Positions 58,405 through 64,000 of a stretch of 64,000 bases of DNA are shown here, piece by piece; position 1 is the first letter of the stretch; every line of letters starts with the position of its first letter. The position numbers and the translations under genes are program-made. The notes beneath the pieces were generated by a model, which searched no databases, had not been told where the DNA came from, and worked only from the letters and a program-made list of their open reading frames with translations. This DNA is from an uncultured Gemmatimonadales bacterium (GTDB taxonomy: Bacteria; Gemmatimonadota; Gemmatimonadetes; Gemmatimonadales; Gemmatimonadaceae), in the NCBI GenBank assembly GCA_963701965.1, contig OY969695.1, positions 2,880,001 through 2,944,000 on the forward strand, in the 5' to 3' direction.

Positions 58405-59420
58405 GAGTAGCGACGACGATCGAGGATCTCCTGATCGGCGACTCGAGGGTGATGTCCGACCTGCGCGCACTCATTCGGCAGGTCGCGCGCTCTTCGCTGC
58501 CGGTCTTGGTGCGTGGTCCACGCGGAGCTGGCAAGGAGCTGGTCGCGCAGGCTTTGCATCGTGCCAGTGAACGCTCGGGTGCTTTCATCGCCTTCAATAT
58601 TTGCGCGATCCCGGACCCCATGTTCGAGGACGCGCTGTTCGGCCACGTCCGTGGCGCGTTCACGGGTGCGGTTTCGGATGCGCCAGGATACCTCACGGAG
58701 GCCCATCGCGGAACGGTCTTACTTGACGAAGTGACCGGGGTGGCGCCCGTCAACCAGCGCAAGTTGTTGCGCGCTCTTGAAACGCAGCGTTTTCGTCCGG
58801 TCGGCGGTCGAACCGATCGGCAAAGCGATTTTCGTCTTATTGCGGCGACGAACGATGACGTCGCTACGATGATCAGCGCGGGTCACTTTCGCGCAGACTT
58901 GGCAGACCGCCTGGCCGGAATTGTTGTCGACGTTCCTCCGCTCGCGAAGCGAATGGACGACTTGCCGTTGCTGGCGCGTCACTTCGTCACCGCGGCTCAG
59001 GTGCGACGACTGATGCACTTGTCCGATGACGCCGTCAGTGAACTGACAAGACACCATTGGCCCGGCAACGTCCGGCAGCTTCGCAGCACGATCGATCGTG
59101 CGATCGCGGTGACGGAGGGCCCGATCATTAGACGAGAAACAATTCTGTGGGCGCTGGCGAGCTCCGTCACGGAGACGGTCAGTCCGCCAGACCAGATTAA
59201 GAGCGTCTTCGAGCGTCGACGACTGATGACACTGCTTGAGGACCATGACTGGAATGTCGCCCGCGCTGCGGCTGCTCTCGGCGTGCATGAGACGACGGTC
59301 TACCGGCGCATGCGCAGACTCGACCTTGATCTTCCCAGAGAGACGCGATGGATCGCGCGCCGGCCGTCGGATGTTGCCAACGCTGGGTCGACTGCTGCAC
59401 GCGAGGAATCGCCGACCTGA
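58401..59420 (+). CDS. Sigma-54 enhancer-binding protein (AAA+ and Fis HTH, no sensory domain)
   Basis: VLVRGPRGAGKE, LFGHVRGAFTGA, LLDEV, FRADL, WPGNVRQL, WNVARAAAALGVHETTVYRRM; GTGA overlap with gspD. Confidence 0.93.
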   Translation: MRVATTIEDLLIGDSRVMSDLRALIRQVARSSLPVLVRGPRGAGKELVAQALHRASERSGAFIAFNICAIPDPMFEDALFGHVRGAFTGAVSDAPGYLTEAHRGTVLLDEVTGVAPVNQRKLLRALETQRFRPVGGRTDRQSDFRLIAATNDDVATMISAGHFRADLADRLAGIVVDVPPLAKRMDDLPLLARHFVTAAQVRRLMHLSDDAVSELTRHHWPGNVRQLRSTIDRAIAVTEGPIIRRETILWALASSVTETVSPPDQIKSVFERRRLMTLLEDHDWNVARAAAALGVHETTVYRRMRRLDLDLPRETRWIARRPSDVANAGSTAAREESPT

Positions 59421-59883
59421 CGGCGCCGCGAGGACTAGTTGCCGTACGTGCGGCCTGGCAGCCAATTGCGAATCAGACTCGATGGTGGGCACCCAATGCC
59501 TGGAGACGAATCGGACTCGTAGATCTCGGAGCCGTCGCCGTAACCGCTCGTCGGGAATTCGGCCCCGGTACCGCCTTCACACGCGCCTCGGTTGCGCCGT
59601 AGCCTGGTCACTAGGCGCCGCAAGCGGTGGGCTGCACGACTTGCGGACTCGCGCGCAACTTCGCGCGCCTGACAGGCAAGAAATGCAAGAGCCGGAGCGT
59701 CATCAATCGCCGTAACATCAGCGTGACCAGCGGGTTAGTACTTCGGCGCGAACGGTACGGCGGGTGCTAAGGAATGCCTGTCTCGATCGTCTTCCTCGTT
59801 CTCGCTGCGCTGGTGAGGGAGACATTGTGGTTCTCGGCTCAGGTGCATCCGCCCATTTGCGCGCTCCCTCAGGAGGTACATTG

Positions 59884-62800
59884 GTGATTCGGCTCTCGAA
59901 GCATGTCCCCGGTTTCGCACTGGCTTGTGCCATACTGCTCGTGGCGCGTGCCGGAAGTGCCCAGACACCTCCGCCACACCTGTCGTTCAGTGTCGGTGGT
60001 GTGGTTGGGTCCGACACTCTCCACGAGATGATCACAGCGTGCTCCGGGACGACGCCGAACAACACGACATGGGCGGTCACGTTCAACGGGGCCACGGTCA
60101 CATCATCGTTCCCGCTGGTTAGCGGTGGAACGTGTACGTCAGGGTCGCCGCAGCACGGCACGGGGATCGTCACACCGTTGCTCATGGGCACCAACACAAT
60201 GACCGCCCACTTATGCGACCTCGGTACCGTGCGCACGGACCCTCCGGGTTGTGTGACGAACACTCTGACGTTTACGCACGATTACGTTCAGGTGACTCCG
60301 AAGAATGCGACAGGAAAGGGCGTGGTCAACGAACCGGACTCCGTGCTCTTCACTGTTCAGAATCTCCGCCCCGCGGCCTCCACTTTTGCGCTCACGGTCA
60401 CATGTAGTGGCACTGGTGTCTCGGCGTGCACTGCGCCGAGCTCGATCACGGTCCCCGCTTCCTCGAGCAGCCCAGTGCCAGTGCATTTCAATGCCGGTGC
60501 ATTGAACTCCACTGGTACTATGCAACTGAAGGCAGTCTACACCGCAAACACGGCTGCCAAGGACTCCGGTGCGGTGATTTTCACGGCGCAATGGAACTCG
60601 TTTCTCTCTGTGAACACCAGTTACACGAATCAGGAGGATCAAGACGTCGGACTCTGTGCGCAGGCCTGTTTCGCGAATGCCCTCACGGTGTCTACCGTGC
60701 CGTACATCTCCAGCGACACCCCTCGTCGGGTTACCCTCGCGTACAACAGTGACGGACATGCTGTGCGCCCCATCATACGTGCGGACGTCACGATGGCCGC
60801 CGGCGCCCAGGCCGTGCAGGAGTTTCAGCTGCAGGCGCAAGTGAACGGTTCTTTCGCCACCTTCACGAACGGTGAAACGATTCTTCACTTCAGCGCCGTA
60901 CCCGTCAACGGCACGACAATGCCATTCCGGCTGGCCGGAGTCTTCGATGCGAGTACGCTGACCTCCGGTGCTTATGGGCTGAAACTGATCGTCACCGCCA
61001 TTATTCGGATCATATGGAGCAGGTAGTCGACAGTTCGCACGTGCTTGGCATCGTCAACACTCGTCACTCGTCGATCGCAGACGGTTGGTCTGTGTCGGGG
61101 GTACCGTTCCTCTATAGCTACTATCATCCGGACGGCACGTTCGACCAACACATGCTCTTGGTGCCGAACGGCAATGGCTCGGCCGTCGTATACGGACCAG
61201 TGGATTGTGTCACTACCTGCCACTGGGGTGCCCCCACCGGCGTATACAATCAGATCCAGGGCCACGACAGTGCGGGTCTCCACAATCAGGGATACGAGAG
61301 ACTGTACCCTGACACATCAAAGGAAGTATTCAACACTACCGGGCAGCTCGTGTACACCGTCTCGCGTAGCGGCGTGGACACGGTGTTCTACACGTACGAC
61401 GGGTGCTGCAATGCGGGACGCTTGATGACGATCTCCGATCCGCATCGTATGAACGGGGCTACGCACGCAGTCACCACGATTCACTACAGCGCAAACGGTA
61501 TTTCGTCGATCGTCGAGCCCGGCGCGAATGGCGCGAGCGGTGGTGGTCGTACGACCACATTCACGGTCGGTACCGACAGTCTCTTACGCGTGGTCACCGA
61601 TCCTGATAGCGTGACAACACACTTTGGATACGATAGCCAGAGGCGGCTCGACTCTTTGACCGATCGACGCGCTAGCCTGTGGGTCTTCGCCTACGAGCCA
61701 GTAGCCTCGAAGCTCACCCAGACGACGCTGCCGCAAGTGCCGATCGACAACGGCGCCGGCTCCACGACGCTACAACACCCTGTGCTCAATCAGGCGGCGT
61801 GGCACCTCGTCGGAGTGCCAACGAGCGCGACCGGGACCGGCACCCCAGCAGTGCCGGTGCGCGCGGACACTGTGCGGGCGAGCGTGACTGACGCTAGTGG
61901 CCAGACGACGCGATTCACTATCGACAAATGGGGTCAGCCGATGGTCAGCACCGATCCAATCGGGCGAGTGACATCGATCGTGCGTGGCGGCCCCGGCCCA
62001 TTCGCGACACAAGTCACGCACCCCACTGGTATGGTCGACACCTACATTTACGACCAATTCTTGACCGGACACCTCAACCAGTCGATCATCGCCGGTGGGA
62101 ACGCAACTGTGTATAGTTACGGCGCCGCGAACCAAGTCCAATCACAGTCGGGCACCAATCAGCCATCCATCACGTACACCCTCGGCCTCCATGGCCGCGT
62201 GGATTCGGTCGCCGTGGCGGGCGTGGTCCGCACACGTATTACATATGATGCTTTGCAACGGCCGATCGTCGTCGCCGATGCCAAGTTTGATTCGACGACC
62301 TTGCACTACGACGCGCGTACCTTGAATCGCGACAGTGTGACGAGTGCTCAGAGTCGCCGATTTGCGAAACGGGTATTCGATGCCTTCGGACGGGATTCCG
62401 TGCGGCGTGCGTCGGGCGAGCCTTCAAGAACAATGTTGTATGACGTCATGAATCACGTGCTCCAGACTTCAGACGGCGTGCACCCATTGCCCACGACATT
62501 CGCCTACGACTCGCTGCATCCGCGCGCCGTGACCGATCCGAAGGGACAGACGTTCGCCACGACCTACAATGCTCTTGGCTGGATCACACAGCGGACCGAT
62601 CCCACCGGGGCATCCGTGGCCTTTACTTATACGCTGAATGGTCTCGAGGCGAGCATCACGAATCGCCGGAACCAGCGCGTGACGAAACGCTATGACGCGG
62701 TCGGGCGGCTCATCGCGAAGCACGACCCAGCGGTCGCAGCCGCGGACACATTTAGTGTCTCGGCGAATGGCAGGGTAGGCGTTGTCGCGAACGGTGTGTC

Positions 62801-64000
62801 CGTCGACACAGCCTACACGAGTGTGCTGGGTGTCGTGGACTCCGTCACAACATGGATGGGCGCTCATCGTTTCCATCGCGCCTACCAGTACGACAGCCGA
62901 CATCGCTTGACATCAATGGTGACAACAACCACCGCCACTGGCATCGATTTCATGTCGCGGGGGGTGACCTGGGATGCCACTACCGACGAACCGTCCCAAC
63001 TGACGCTCAATACGGCCACGATTGGGCTCCATCATGATTCGACATTTTTTCTGACATCGGTCAGTTTCCCCGGAGGTGCAACGCGATCCGACACCCTGTC
63101 GTCGGCCGGGCTGCTGCTGAATTCGCGATTCACGCCGGCGCCGGTCGATTCGGCGCTGGGGCGGAGCTACGCCTATGACTCTGCCTATCGCATCGTGGAG
63201 ATCGACGGACGCTTTTCGGGAGCATCCGAGCCTGTGCGGGCCTTCCAGTTTGATGGAATCGGAGAGCTGGTGCGTGATCTGCGTGCAACATCAACATCGT
63301 CGCGCACGTGCACAATCACGGGCACCCAGATTACCGATTACCAGTGTACGACGACCACGGGCTTGACGACGAACCAACTGTACGGGTTTCTGTATGATGC
63401 GGCCGGCAATCAGACACAGATCGTCGACTCGACTCATGGCAATGCGATCACCGTCGCCGTGTACCTACCGGGAAACCGCGACAGTACCTTCGGCGCCCTG
63501 ACGTATCAGCGCGATGCCGATGGCAACCGTACCGGCAAAAGCGGCGCAGCGACCGCCATCCAATATGGGTGGAGCGCTGACGGCCGCCTTCTGTCCGTTA
63601 CCGCTGGATCCTATGTACTCAACTACGACTACAACGCTCTTGGGCAGGTCGTGCGCCGCCGCCGCAATGGGACGGCGGACCGTTATTACCTCTGGGATGG
63701 CAATAAGCTCTTGGCCGAGCTCGATGGAGCGGCGAACGCCCGTGTCAATGAATACGCGTATTACCCAACTGCTGATCGGCCGCTGGCTGTTATCACCGGG
63801 GCGGCGGGCGCAGCGGTGCCGCATTACTATGCCGTCGATCAGGTTGGTGCCGTTATTGGCACGTTTACGTCGGGCCCGGAGCAAGGCCTCACATACGATC
63901 CCTGGGGCAGGCTCGAAAGTGCCACCACGACTACCGGTGACACGACGCACCTTCGGTGGAAGGGCCTGCTGTGGGAGGGTGATTCGACGCAACTCTACTA
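59884..64000 (+). pseudogene. Rhs/YD-repeat protein 2 with Sec signal peptide; one frameshift near 60999; runs off right edge
   Basis: AGGAGG plus GTG at 59884; signal ...LLVARAGSA|Q; shares YTNQEDQD and STVPYIS with Rhs1. From 60999 the other frame reads HYSDHMEQVVDSSH...IADGW, and the same frame reads LTYDPWG...LRWKGLLWEG at the edge. Confidence 0.88.

Noticed and set aside
59456..59469. TGGCAGCCAATTGC as a sigma54 -24/-12 promoter for Rhs2
   Set aside because: GG and GC are separated by 9 nt, not the required 10.
1..64000. CRISPR array, tRNA/rRNA, integrase, att sites or oriT
   Set aside because: None recognisable by eye. Short att/oriT sites cannot be excluded without computation.

Overview
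High-GC bacterial window. SusC/SusD in a high-GC background, plus the TPR and AraC proteins, suggest Gemmatimonadota (inference). It reads as an accessory, island-like region. Left to right: (1) a Type III Mod-like DNA methyltransferase running off the left edge, an OmpR-type regulator, an ECF sigma, an unannotated 38-aa lipoprotein facing a TPR protein, a degenerate SIR2 protein and a second TPR paralogue; (2) an A/T-richer block where SusC(STN)-SusD-S9 peptidase converge on a complete lasso-peptide cluster (B1, B2, C and two tandem precursors with 40-aa cores ending DTTVGS), followed by a Hanks Ser/Thr kinase and an ABC exporter; (3) a trbBCDEJLFGI type IV secretion operon directly behind an ECF sigma/FecR pair, with no coupling protein or relaxase in view; (4) a catalytically dead beta-lactamase-fold lipoprotein, a PAS histidine kinase, and an IS30 nested in an IS3; (5) a type II secretion operon with AraC and sigma54-activator genes, flanked by two signal-peptide Rhs proteins, the second frameshifted and running off the right edge. 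The best candidates for new biology are the long-tailed lasso system, the T2SS-Rhs module and the TPR/small-lipopeptide pair. All calls come from motif reading; no database search was run.
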